Shown here one piece after another: positions 18,765-27,661 of a stretch of DNA of 64,000 nucleotides; within the stretch, counting starts at the first letter, position 1; every line of letters starts with the position of its first letter. The stretch is from assembly GCA_964624665.1 (NCBI GenBank), contig CAZUZG010000001.1, positions 7,310-71,309 of the forward strand, in the 5' to 3' direction. Source of the DNA: an uncultured Candidatus Saccharibacteria bacterium (GTDB lineage Bacteria > Patescibacteriota > Minisyncoccia > Phycocordibacterales > UBA9973). The position numbers and the translations under genes are program-made. The notes beneath the pieces were generated by a model, which saw only the letters and a list, made by a program, of their open reading frames with translations, was not told the origin of the DNA and did no database searches.

Positions 18765-19628
18765 TTGAAAATCAAAAAGGAAAATAAGGAAATTGCCAAT
18801 ACAAATTTTACTGAAAATTCAGTCGAAAAGAATGCCCTTTTACCCCAAGATGCGTTCCTGAAAAAATTTAAGATTTCACCAAAACTTTTTGAATCAACAG
18901 AAATAAAATGGAACGAATTACAAAAAATCCATGCACATTATATTAAAAATCAGGAATTCCTACAAAATACTGTTAACACAATTATTTCAAAATTTGTAAC
19001 AAATGATGCCAAAGATGTTGGGGTTCACTCTGTACGTTCTCGTTTGAAAAAGCCAGATAGTTTAATTGAAAAAATTATTCGAAAGACTATTGATGCAAGG
19101 AAAAAAGGTGGTAATCGAAATATTACGGTTAGAAATTATGGTAATGAAATTAATGATCTAATTGGTATAAGAATATTACATGTTTTTAAAGATGATTGGT
19201 TCGGAATTCACAATTTTATTTTAAGCAATTGCGAATACAAGACAAAAGGAAAACCACTCGCTTACTATAGGAAAGGTGATGAAAAATCATTTATTTCAGA
19301 ATGTAAAAAAAATGGATGTGATGCAAAAGTGCATCCAAAGGCATATAGGTCTATTCATTATATTATTAATCCATATCCTCAACAAAAAATTGGATTTGCT
19401 GAAATTCAAGTTAGAACGGTTTTTGAAGATGGTTGGAGTGAAATAGATCATAAGCTTAGATACGCTTCTAAAAAAGGAACAAAAAATAAATTAGATAGCT
19501 ATTTACTCGCTTTAAATAGAATAGCGGGAAGTGCGGACGAAATTGGAACTATTATAAGAAATAGACAAACAGAATTAAGGCAGGCAGAGTATGAGAGACA
19601 ACTTAATGTTAAAAAAGGAAACAAGTGA
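18765..19628 (+). CDS. small alarmone synthetase (RelA/SpoT synthetase domain only)
   Basis: RSRLKKPDSLIEKI, DLIGIRI, YRSIHY, EIQVRTVFEDGWSEIDHKLRY motifs. Confidence 0.9.
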   Translation: MKIKKENKEIANTNFTENSVEKNALLPQDAFLKKFKISPKLFESTEIKWNELQKIHAHYIKNQEFLQNTVNTIISKFVTNDAKDVGVHSVRSRLKKPDSLIEKIIRKTIDARKKGGNRNITVRNYGNEINDLIGIRILHVFKDDWFGIHNFILSNCEYKTKGKPLAYYRKGDEKSFISECKKNGCDAKVHPKAYRSIHYIINPYPQQKIGFAEIQVRTVFEDGWSEIDHKLRYASKKGTKNKLDSYLLALNRIAGSADEIGTIIRNRQTELRQAEYERQLNVKKGNK

Positions 19629-19632
19629 GATT

Positions 19633-19887
19633 ATGTTAGATACAGCGATCGGTCCCATAATAAGAATTATAGACGCAAATTCTTTCCAGATGCAGGTGAC
19701 ACATATCGGCAGGCATAATGCTTATTCGTATGCAAACTATGAAACTGTGTGTATTGCCCCTAACCCAAACTTAATCCATGCAACTCAATTATCGACAGCT
19801 TTAATTGGTAGAAGAATAAAATGTAAAGTTCAATATAGAGATAATTACAACCGGCTTTATGGGGAAGTTGAATTTGATAACTCTTAG
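19633..19887 (+). CDS. small SNase/OB-fold-like protein (paralogue 1)
   Basis: GPIIRIIDANSF..LIGRRIKC..RDNYNRL resembles the thermonuclease V..V.DGDT / D.YGR frame; starts 4 nt after the SAS stop. Confidence 0.6.
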   Translation: MLDTAIGPIIRIIDANSFQMQVTHIGRHNAYSYANYETVCIAPNPNLIHATQLSTALIGRRIKCKVQYRDNYNRLYGEVEFDNS

Positions 19888-19904
19888 TTTGTAATTTTAT
19901 AAGT

Positions 19905-20160
19905 GTCTGATCGATTTCCCAGAGATGTACTGTATTTTCAGCAACACCAATAATTCCAGCCACCACTTTCTGACCTATCTGAAGTTCTGCCCTTCTCTTT
20001 CGAATATGCTCTCCTATTGTATTCATAGGCATTCTTGTTAATTCAGGCTTGATCGCTCTTAAAGTGACCGGATAAAGAGGTAGATTTTCTTTAATTATTT
20101 GGAGAATTTCCTCAATAGTTTGAACCTTCTTTTAATCCCTGGTTCTTCTTTCTTTTTCAT
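19905..20160 (-). pseudogene. frameshifted, truncated XRE HTH gene
   Basis: MKKKEEPGIK then, after a 1-nt shift in an A run, KVQTIEEILQIIKENLPLYPVTLRAIKPELTRMPMNTIGEHIRKRR..LWE; similarity to the recombinase tail ends after LWE. Confidence 0.6.
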
Positions 20161-20204
20161 ATTAGGCTTTTTAAAGCAAAAGTACCGGAAGCTACAAAAC
20201 ATGA

Positions 20205-21956
20205 CTAAAATCCTGGAGAATATCCTAGAAATTCTATGATCGTAGCATGGTGCTTTTTTTGAGGTTTAGCCCTTCCATTTTCCCAATAAGTCAACGAATC
20301 TTCACTTATTTTTAAGATAATTGCCACATCTTTCTGGAAAAGCCCGAGTTCCTTCCGCCGCTTCCTTAGGTGGTCACCTAATGTATTGACGGGCAGTCTT
20401 TTAAACTCTGGTTTTATGCCTTTTAAAACTACCGGCCTCAATGGATAGGCAAGAGAGAGAATGGTCAATGAAACTATGTGGTTTCGTAGACCATTCTCTG
20501 TGAATTTCGGAGAGGCATTGAGGTTGTTGAGCGTAATCTCAATCTCGGTTTTGTTGACTATTATCTTGTTGGTAATGGATTCAATAATAAAGCGCTTGTC
20601 TTCATCGTTGTAGGTTCCCCAATTTTCATAAACGTTTTGGCTTTTGGAAATTGCCTCATTGTTGTTTATGACCTGAATCTTCATAAAATCGACATCGGAT
20701 TGGATAATGGCTAATTCCTCCTCTTTTTGGTTTAAACGCTCTTGTATGGGCATATAGCGCTTATTAAACCCTTCTTTGGGTATCTCTTGGCTGTTTAATA
20801 GGTCAAATAGAGTATCTATCTCAGAATTGATTTTTTTAATGTCAGCTTTAAGCAAATCCCTTTTTTGTTCGCTTTCTTTTACAATATTCTCATTGTCTTT
20901 GAAATGATCTGAAACATCGGTGGTGTTCCAGTATTTTTTGACTTCGTAAAGGAATACTTCCTCGATGTCGGGAATTGTGATTTTGTTCCGGCATTTGGTG
21001 CAAGTATATTTTTTGATACTTGGGATTACATACATCTTGTGATTTGGGTCACAATAGCAGAACATTAAGCCAGAGAATAGGTTAATGGTTTTCTTAGGTT
21101 GCTTCACTCTGTTTATCTTATTCCCATTCAAAATGGAAATACACTGGTTGAATGTTTCTTCTGAAATAATGGCCGGAGCAGGATTAATTATCCATTCGGA
21201 TTCAGGTTTTAACTTCCAGGCCTTTTTATCACCTGTAGACTTGGTATAGTTGCGGATTCTTGAACCCATAGCAATTGGGTCCCGAAGTAACCGGTCTATG
21301 GTTGCATCTGAGAATTCTGAATTATTCCGAGTTCTATATCCCCTCCTATTCAGTTCGTTCGCTACAGTTAATTTGCGTTTGTGCTTTAGGAATAAGTCAT
21401 ACATTAGTTTACGGACTTTAGATTCTTCCTCGTTTATTGCAAGATTCTTTGCTGAATCATACATATATCCAAAAGGGGCTGCGCCACCTAAAGGTTTGCC
21501 CATCTTTGCGCGAATTGGCACACTAGCCGCAACACGTTCAGCGATTTCTTCCCTTTCAAATTGGGCTAATGCTGCAATGACGGTAAAGAATAGCCGTCCT
21601 GCGCCGGAGCTGGTATCAATGCTTTCGTGAAGGCTAATGAGGTCGGCATCATGTTTACGGAACATTTCAGCAAAGCTTAATAGTTCCGTTGTGTTTCTTG
21701 ATAGCCTGGCAAGCTTTGAGAATATTAAGCCAGTGATCTTACCCGATTTAATGTCGCTTAGCATCTTGGCTGTTTCAGGATAATCCATTACTGATTTTCC
21801 TGATTTCGCATCGAGTCTATACATTTCTTTTACCTCCCACCCTTTGGCTTCGGCATATAGTCGCCCACGCTTTTCGTGAACCTCTGGGCTTTCACTATTT
21901 ACTGAGTCTTCATGGCTTACACGAATCCATAGTCCTACTGATTTACTGCTTTGCAT
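20205..21956 (-). CDS. large serine recombinase with C-terminal XRE HTH extension
   Basis: GLWIRVS catalytic motif, SKLARLSRN, GGAAPFGY, recombinase domain, CYC..CTKC zinc ribbon, coiled coil, then TLGDHLRKRRKELGLFQKDVA..WENG. Confidence 0.9.
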   Translation of the reverse strand: MQSSKSVGLWIRVSHEDSVNSESPEVHEKRGRLYAEAKGWEVKEMYRLDAKSGKSVMDYPETAKMLSDIKSGKITGLIFSKLARLSRNTTELLSFAEMFRKHDADLISLHESIDTSSGAGRLFFTVIAALAQFEREEIAERVAASVPIRAKMGKPLGGAAPFGYMYDSAKNLAINEEESKVRKLMYDLFLKHKRKLTVANELNRRGYRTRNNSEFSDATIDRLLRDPIAMGSRIRNYTKSTGDKKAWKLKPESEWIINPAPAIISEETFNQCISILNGNKINRVKQPKKTINLFSGLMFCYCDPNHKMYVIPSIKKYTCTKCRNKITIPDIEEVFLYEVKKYWNTTDVSDHFKDNENIVKESEQKRDLLKADIKKINSEIDTLFDLLNSQEIPKEGFNKRYMPIQERLNQKEEELAIIQSDVDFMKIQVINNNEAISKSQNVYENWGTYNDEDKRFIIESITNKIIVNKTEIEITLNNLNASPKFTENGLRNHIVSLTILSLAYPLRPVVLKGIKPEFKRLPVNTLGDHLRKRRKELGLFQKDVAIILKISEDSLTYWENGRAKPQKKHHATIIEFLGYSPGF

Positions 21957-22010
21957 TGTTACTGAATTTAAGAGTTAATTTACTGAATCTTGGTTTAATA
22001 AAAAATTAAA

Positions 22011-22205
22011 TTTTTCAAAAGAAAAAAGGACAAAAAAGAAAGCGATAATAAAAAGCACGGGTTTCTTGGTGTCAAGGTTTTTTGAACAAAATATTTTTAC
22101 TTCAAAAAATTAACGCTAAAATATATTTTCAAAAACTTGTATAACCTTTACTCCAAGAAACACGTGCTTACCTTTGCGACCTTTTTTGTTTTTTCATTTG
22201 GAAAA
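22011..22205. promoter_or_regulatory. long imperfect hairpin upstream of the recombinase (candidate ssDNA promoter)
   Basis: AAGCACGgGTTTCTTGGtGTcAAGGTT (22053-22079) pairs with AACCTTtACtCCAAGAAACaCGTGCTT (22143-22169), with further inner and outer pairing. Confidence 0.6.
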
Positions 22206-22370
22206 CAGGGAGATTTAAAATGTGTCGAAACTCACCCAATTTTTTTTTAAAATCATTAGTTGGTTTGCCTGCAAAGTATATATTAGCAATCGAATAAGAA
22301 AATTTCAAAAAATTATTATTTGTAAAAACAAATTATGGTAGCTCAGGTACGAGGCAAAAAGAAAGAAACT

Positions 22371-22643
22371 ATGTTTGATACTATTATCGGGTCGGTTGTA
22401 AGCATTGCTAATGGCAATACCTTTACAATGCAAGTTACCCATATTGGTATTAATAATATTCTTTCTTACAAAAACCTTGAGATTATAAGAATAATTGACA
22501 AGGAGTCTGCTGACCTATCAACAACCAAAGGATTTTCTGATAAAAAAGAACTTTCTAATCTTTTAATTGGGAAAAAGATTAAATGCAAAATTCATCACAG
22601 AAACGAATACAATATACTCTTAGCCAATATTGAAATAATTTAA
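22371..22643 (+). CDS. small SNase/OB-fold-like protein (paralogue 2)
   Basis: MFDTIIG..MQVTHIG..LIGKKIKCK..YN aligns end to end with 19633-19887. Confidence 0.65.
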   Translation: MFDTIIGSVVSIANGNTFTMQVTHIGINNILSYKNLEIIRIIDKESADLSTTKGFSDKKELSNLLIGKKIKCKIHHRNEYNILLANIEII

Positions 22644-22663
22644 ACTCAAATTCTGCATTCATG

Positions 22664-23144
22664 GCAAGTGCAATGAAATAAAATATTAGGTATGGCACAA
22701 AAGGGGCAAGCATATTTTATTTATTGCTCTTGCACTCAGGCGGGTGTTTTTGTGATTAAATAAATTTGGTCTTGCTCTGCAAGGCGATTTATTTAATTAC
22801 AAAAACACGAAGGGTTGGCGTGGGTCAGCTGTGCGGCTATTTACACATAATGCCAATTATATTGTGAAGAAATTAACTCCGCGCGAAGCGCACCTTTGAA
22901 AAAGTCTGAGCGATATAATTTGCATTATGTTATATAGCTTAGGGCTATATTTTCATCGCATCCTTTTTTGTGTGTAAGCCAACTCTTTTCAACCACAGCT
23001 TCGTTTTGACGAAGCGAGGATTGGAATGGGTTGTTTGTGGGCGGATAAAAAAATGCGGTGAAAATATAGCAGAAGGGCTGGCGTGCGGAAGCGGCAAAAA
23101 TACAGTAAAGCCCGAAGCATGAAGGGCAGTGGATTTTTGCCGCT
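22664..23144 (+). other. array of five consecutive long hairpins (ssDNA origin/oriT-like region or ncRNA)
   Basis: Stems at ~22664-22733, 22744-22808, 22836-22938, 22944-23070, 23090-23144; G.T wobbles on the + strand; GCGCGAAGCGC minihairpin. Confidence 0.7.
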
Positions 23145-23235
23145 GGGGACTTTTTTGCTCTTTCGATAATTCCCTTCTTATTATCTAAATGCTACGATCC
23201 ATTCAGAAGTTTCAACAAACAAAAACCTTTCTGAA

Positions 23236-23970
23236 ATGGAAACACTCAGCTCTTTCACATCAATTTTCGACAAAGTGGCCTATGGAAACAATTACACTAA
23301 AACATTCGATGATTTTCTTATTATGTGTCTTTGCGCATTCAGTAGAAATCCGGAAACAGGTTTATCCTATAATGAGGATGAATATTTACAAATCATTGAG
23401 CCTTACAAAAAAGATGATCGAGTAAAATATTTCCCACAACTATTAGGCTCAATGATTCTTTATATGGAGGACCATAAAGATAGTGATAGCGGAAACGACC
23501 TACTTGGCTCATTTTATGAAAAGGAGCTAAGCCTAGGAAAAAACGGGCAATTCTTTACCCCCTTTCATATTTGTTCGATGATGGCTAAAATGCAAGGGAA
23601 CCAAGATAAAAGCAGATCGCTTAATATTTTGGACCCATGCTGCGGAAGCGGGAGGATGCTTATGGCTCATGGGAAAAGTAACGGAGGATTCAACAATCAC
23701 TACGGAATAGATATTGACCCGTTATGCGTAAGAATGACAACAATAAACTTATTTCTAAATGGATTAAGCGGTGAAGTTATCTGCGCTAATGCACTTATAC
23801 CGGATGACTTTAGATTCGGGTATAGAATATCATTTCTTCCTTTCGGAGTTTTTAGAATTGATAAAAAAGAAGATTCTGTGCTTTGGCAAATTAATCAGGC
23901 TACATTTGAGTCGAGAATTGCAAATCATGAATCAAATAAGCCTACTCAGGAACAGCTACGATTATTTTGA
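23236..23970 (+). CDS. N6-adenine DNA methyltransferase-like protein (HsdM-type, short)
   Basis: DLLGSFYE..GQFFTPFHI..ILDPCCGSGRML..GIDID; no NPPF/Y motif found. Confidence 0.8.
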   Translation: METLSSFTSIFDKVAYGNNYTKTFDDFLIMCLCAFSRNPETGLSYNEDEYLQIIEPYKKDDRVKYFPQLLGSMILYMEDHKDSDSGNDLLGSFYEKELSLGKNGQFFTPFHICSMMAKMQGNQDKSRSLNILDPCCGSGRMLMAHGKSNGGFNNHYGIDIDPLCVRMTTINLFLNGLSGEVICANALIPDDFRFGYRISFLPFGVFRIDKKEDSVLWQINQATFESRIANHESNKPTQEQLRLF

Positions 23971-24137
23971 TTTAAACAACAACTCCCGTAATTTAACATT
24001 GCAGGAGTTTTATTTATTGGAGACGCTTTTGATAATAAAAGTAGAAACAACTAAAGCTCCCATTTAAAAGTAGACTCAAAGCCTCTGCGCAAGTTAAATC
24101 ATTATTTTATTAATTTTATGGCTATAAAAAAATAAAA

Positions 24138-24374
24138 GTGTATTGTTTCTTACAACTGGAATTGAATCATCGCGCCGCACTTCTATGGGAGAACGGAACC
24201 CATCTTCAAACTATAATCCAGCCTAAAAAAACATATTCTCTTTATCATTTAAAAAGCTTTTATGTTGAAGTTATTGTCCATAACAACCTGAATGAAATCA
24301 TTGATATTACCCCCTTTGTTAGAGGTTGGAGATTGGACAAATATCTTGAAATTATTGAGATTGAGGAGATATAA
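24138..24374 (+). CDS. small hypothetical protein
   Basis: 78 aa; F..L...RA.LLWENG..L..YSLY.L..FYVEV pattern recalled from small Bacteroidota proteins; start uncertain. Confidence 0.55.
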   Translation: MYCFLQLELNHRAALLWENGTHLQTIIQPKKTYSLYHLKSFYVEVIVHNNLNEIIDITPFVRGWRLDKYLEIIEIEEI

Positions 24375-24498
24375 AAAAGAAATTTTAATTATTATAATCT
24401 ATCCTGCTTAAAGCCACATTGCTAAAAAATTCAGTATATATTATCTGCTTCCATAATTAGGATATTTCATATAAGGCATTTTATATTTAAAACTCGGA

Positions 24499-24921
24499 TC
24501 AAGTTGAAAACCTTGTATATTTCCTTCTCAAATCATTCTTCTTTTTCTCATGCAGCGTCTTTAATAATTTGAATTTCGACTGTAAAACCCTTTTGATAGC
24601 CCTCTCGGCAACATCATTAAAATGTTCAATATATTCCTCTAATCTAATTCCTTCAAACCGACTTCTATATACAACCTCCTTTGAAAGCAAATTAATAACC
24701 ATTACAATTGAAATTCGATCTATGTTTTCAAAAATATCATTTTCAATTTTTAATGATTTAGTTTCTATTTCACCCTCAGTTAATTGCTGTCTATAAATTG
24801 ACTTCAGTTTCTCTGAAATATGCTTATGAAACTTTGAGTGGATTTTTTCCTGGGAATCAAAATTTTTATTGATAATTTTCAGAACCAATAAAGCAAGCTG
24901 TAGTTTGGAATATTTTTTCAT
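24499..24921 (-). CDS. hypothetical basic helical protein
   Basis: 140-aa ORF with TATATTTG promoter-like element immediately upstream. Confidence 0.5.
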   Translation of the reverse strand: MKKYSKLQLALLVLKIINKNFDSQEKIHSKFHKHISEKLKSIYRQQLTEGEIETKSLKIENDIFENIDRISIVMVINLLSKEVVYRSRFEGIRLEEYIEHFNDVAERAIKRVLQSKFKLLKTLHEKKKNDLRRKYTRFST

Positions 24922-24988
24922 TCATTACAAATATAAAAATCGAAATGAAAAATTTTATTAAATTCGATCTTTATTTGTTACCAATCTA

Positions 24989-26341
24989 TTGATTATGATA
25001 AAACTATTAACCCGTTGTTTAACCTTCCTATTTATATTTCAATTAAGTAAAAATCTCAATGCTCAAATCATTACAACCATCGCTGGTGGAACATTAGGCT
25101 ACTCGGGTGATGGTGGTCCGGCGATAAGTTCTCAATTAACATATCCTGAAGGCGTTTGTGTAGATGATTCCGGCAATGTATATATCTCAGATGCAGGAAA
25201 TAATAGAATTCGAAAAATAAGCGCTTCAACAGGTTTTATTAATACAATTGCAGGTACGGGAACAGCAGGCTATTCTGGTGATAGCGGTCAAGCCGTTAAT
25301 GCTGAAATTAATCAACCTATTGGCATTGCGTTGAGTCGTTTAACCGGTGATGTATATTTTGCTGAGTATGGAAATAACACCATTCGAAAAGTAAATCAAT
25401 CGACAGGCTTAATATCAACCGTTGCAGGAACTGGGATAGCTGGTTATTCAGGAGATAACGGGCCTGCAATAAATGCGAAATTATATTTTCCACTGGGAGT
25501 TTGTTTGGATACTTTAGACAATGTTTATTTTTCGGATGCATGGTATGGACGTGTGCGAAAAGTGGAAGTTGCAACTGGAATTATAACAACGATAGTTGGA
25601 AATGGTATATCCGGTTATAATGGTGATGGAATTCTTGCAACAAATGCCCAATTAAATTATCCAACAGGGGTTTGTTTAGATGATTCCAGTAATTTATATA
25701 TAACAGATTGCTTTAATTCACGAGTAAGGAAAGTAAATGCAATTACAGGGCTCATTAGTACAATTGCCGGAAATGGAACTTCTGGCTTTTCAGGAGATGG
25801 CGGAATCGCAACCAGTGCAACATTAACAAGTCCTGCGGGAGTTTTTGTTGATGATACCGGACATGTTTATATTTCAGTTCCAAATAACAGAAGAATTAGA
25901 AAAGTAAATGCTTCTACTGGTATAATAACAACAATTGCAGGAAATGGTAGTGGAGGTTTTGCCGGAGATGGAGGACTTGCAACAGACGCAAAATTAAATA
26001 ATCCGAAAAGTCCATTTTTTGATAAACAAGGTAATTTATATATAGCGGATTCACAAAATAATAGAATTCGAAAAGTGGTATCTAATATTACCGCAATTAA
26101 GAATAGTGGAGGGCTCAGTGAAATTAGTATTTACCCTAATCCTGCTAACGAGCTGGTAAACATAACTGGTATAACGGGTGCAACCTCAATAAGGATGTAC
26201 GACGTGATCGGCAACTTAGTAATGCAAAAAGAAACAGATGTGAATACAACAATAGAAACAAATCAATTTGAAAATGGTATATACCTGCTTATTGTAAAAA
26301 GCGAAAAAGTATCAGTAAATAAAATTGAAATAAGTAAATAG
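24989..26341 (+). CDS. NHL-repeat beta-propeller protein with T9SS type A sorting domain
   Basis: Six I.TIAG.G..G.SGDGG.A..A.L..P.G..D..GN.YI.D..N.RIRK repeats; C-terminal IYPNPA..MYDVIG..GIYLL..K. Confidence 0.92.
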   Translation: MIMIKLLTRCLTFLFIFQLSKNLNAQIITTIAGGTLGYSGDGGPAISSQLTYPEGVCVDDSGNVYISDAGNNRIRKISASTGFINTIAGTGTAGYSGDSGQAVNAEINQPIGIALSRLTGDVYFAEYGNNTIRKVNQSTGLISTVAGTGIAGYSGDNGPAINAKLYFPLGVCLDTLDNVYFSDAWYGRVRKVEVATGIITTIVGNGISGYNGDGILATNAQLNYPTGVCLDDSSNLYITDCFNSRVRKVNAITGLISTIAGNGTSGFSGDGGIATSATLTSPAGVFVDDTGHVYISVPNNRRIRKVNASTGIITTIAGNGSGGFAGDGGLATDAKLNNPKSPFFDKQGNLYIADSQNNRIRKVVSNITAIKNSGGLSEISIYPNPANELVNITGITGATSIRMYDVIGNLVMQKETDVNTTIETNQFENGIYLLIVKSEKVSVNKIEISK

Positions 26342-26420
26342 TTGCTTTATGAATGTGGTTAGGCTTTATCATTTTAATGAGAAAGTTCTTTTATCCCGGA
26401 TTTTGTAGTAGAAATTAAGT

Positions 26421-26745
26421 TTATAAACTGAGCGGGAATTTTGCGTAGGCAATTTTACCCATTAAACTACCGTACCATTGCCTTCTTTTTTGCGGCACAC
26501 TCATTTTTAGTATTGCTTTATTTCCTTTTTTTATCATCCAACTTCCTACTGCAAAGCAGTTGAATCTAAGTGTGGGAAGTTTAGGCTGGGCTTGACCTTG
26601 GTGCGTCAGCTGACGATATAAGCTCATCAAATTATAACTGATAGTTACCATTCTCATAGCTGCTTCTGTGACATAAAAATCATCCATGCTAAAACCTTCG
26701 GCTCCAAAATCTTCTTTAAGTTCCTTATATTTTTTCTAATGCATA
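26421..26745 (-). pseudogene. IS1380-family transposase C-terminal fragment
   Basis: IKELKEDFGAEGFSMDDFYVTEAAMRMVTISYNLMSLYR..TLRF..F.VG matches the IS1380 DDE C-terminus; N-terminal part absent. Confidence 0.75.
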
Positions 26746-26776
26746 CTCTGGGATCAAAAAATAAATTTGAGTAATG

Positions 26777-27110
26777 TACTGAAAAATGGTTGGTGAACTT
26801 TTGAATAAAAATTCTTATCATAGCCACGTTATTCTGAAGAGGAAATAGGCTCTGTTGGGAGAACAACCTATCAGCAATAAGAATAATGCTGATAAAGAAA
26901 GGAAAGGTAGTTAATTGACTACCTTTTTTCATTTCTTACTGTTTAGCTTTAATGGCTAAGAAAAACTCACTTTTCATTGGCAAAAAATATATACCATTTT
27001 TTTGACTTTTCCATCTGCAAAAAAAGTTTAGTGAAACCAGTTTCACTAAACTTTCTTCAAGCCCTCTTACAGCTCAAGCTCAAAGGATTTTCACCAACCA
27101 TTTTTCAGTA
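26777..27110. repeat. perfect 21-bp inverted repeat pair (MITE-like or IS-end remnant)
   Basis: TACTGAAAAATGGTTGGTGAA (26777-26797) and TTCACCAACCATTTTTCAGTA (27090-27110). Confidence 0.8.
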
Positions 27111-27276
27111 ATATGCCTAAATTTGAACACTGAGGCTTTATCAAACAGATAATATCTCTTATAAACATTGCCCTCATTTAAGGCCTTAAACACTCGCTCG
27201 CTTTACCTAACTTCTCCAAAGACCTTTTCAAAATCAACCTTTTTCATTCAAAAGGTTATAAAATTAAATACCCTCC

Positions 27277-27660
27277 CTATGGAAATTTAAGTTCATTACA
27301 ATTACATTTTTTCCTTTTACTAAGTCGCCCATTTATTTGGTTTTGAAGATAACACTTTTCTTTGCGATAGCCCCAGGAATTAACCTTTCCTTTTTTTCTA
27401 GTAACTGCATGTATTTTTCCATCTTTATCGAAGTCCGTAATTACTAATAAAAATTTGCATGTAGCATCCTGATATTGTATACATTTTCTATATGAAAAAT
27501 ATTTAGTGCTTACTACCTTGCTTATCGCTTTTGTATTTTCATCGTAAAACACTATTTTTTCAGTCATACCACGTCCTTTTCTGGTAATAATTGTATCTTG
27601 AGAATATAAATTATTACACAGCACAAAGACAAGTACAAAGACAAGAGAAGCTGTTTTCAT
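27277..27660 (-). CDS. putative exported immunity protein
   Basis: 127 aa with signal peptide, starts 1 nt after the RHS stop, i.e. the usual immunity position. Confidence 0.6.
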   Translation of the reverse strand: MKTASLVFVLVFVLCNNLYSQDTIITRKGRGMTEKIVFYDENTKAISKVVSTKYFSYRKCIQYQDATCKFLLVITDFDKDGKIHAVTRKKGKVNSWGYRKEKCYLQNQINGRLSKRKKCNCNELKFP

Positions 27661-27661
27661 T

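Noticed and set aside
18485-18787. 100-aa + strand ORF
   Set aside because: TTG start in the divergent promoter region, no recognisable features.
19760-19904. C-terminal part of the tracked 90-aa HTH ORF
   Set aside because: Similarity to the HTH ends at LWE; the rest is read-through antisense to the OB-fold gene.
26654-26932. 92-aa minus-strand ORF
   Set aside because: Spans the IS remnant and inverted repeat; likely chance.
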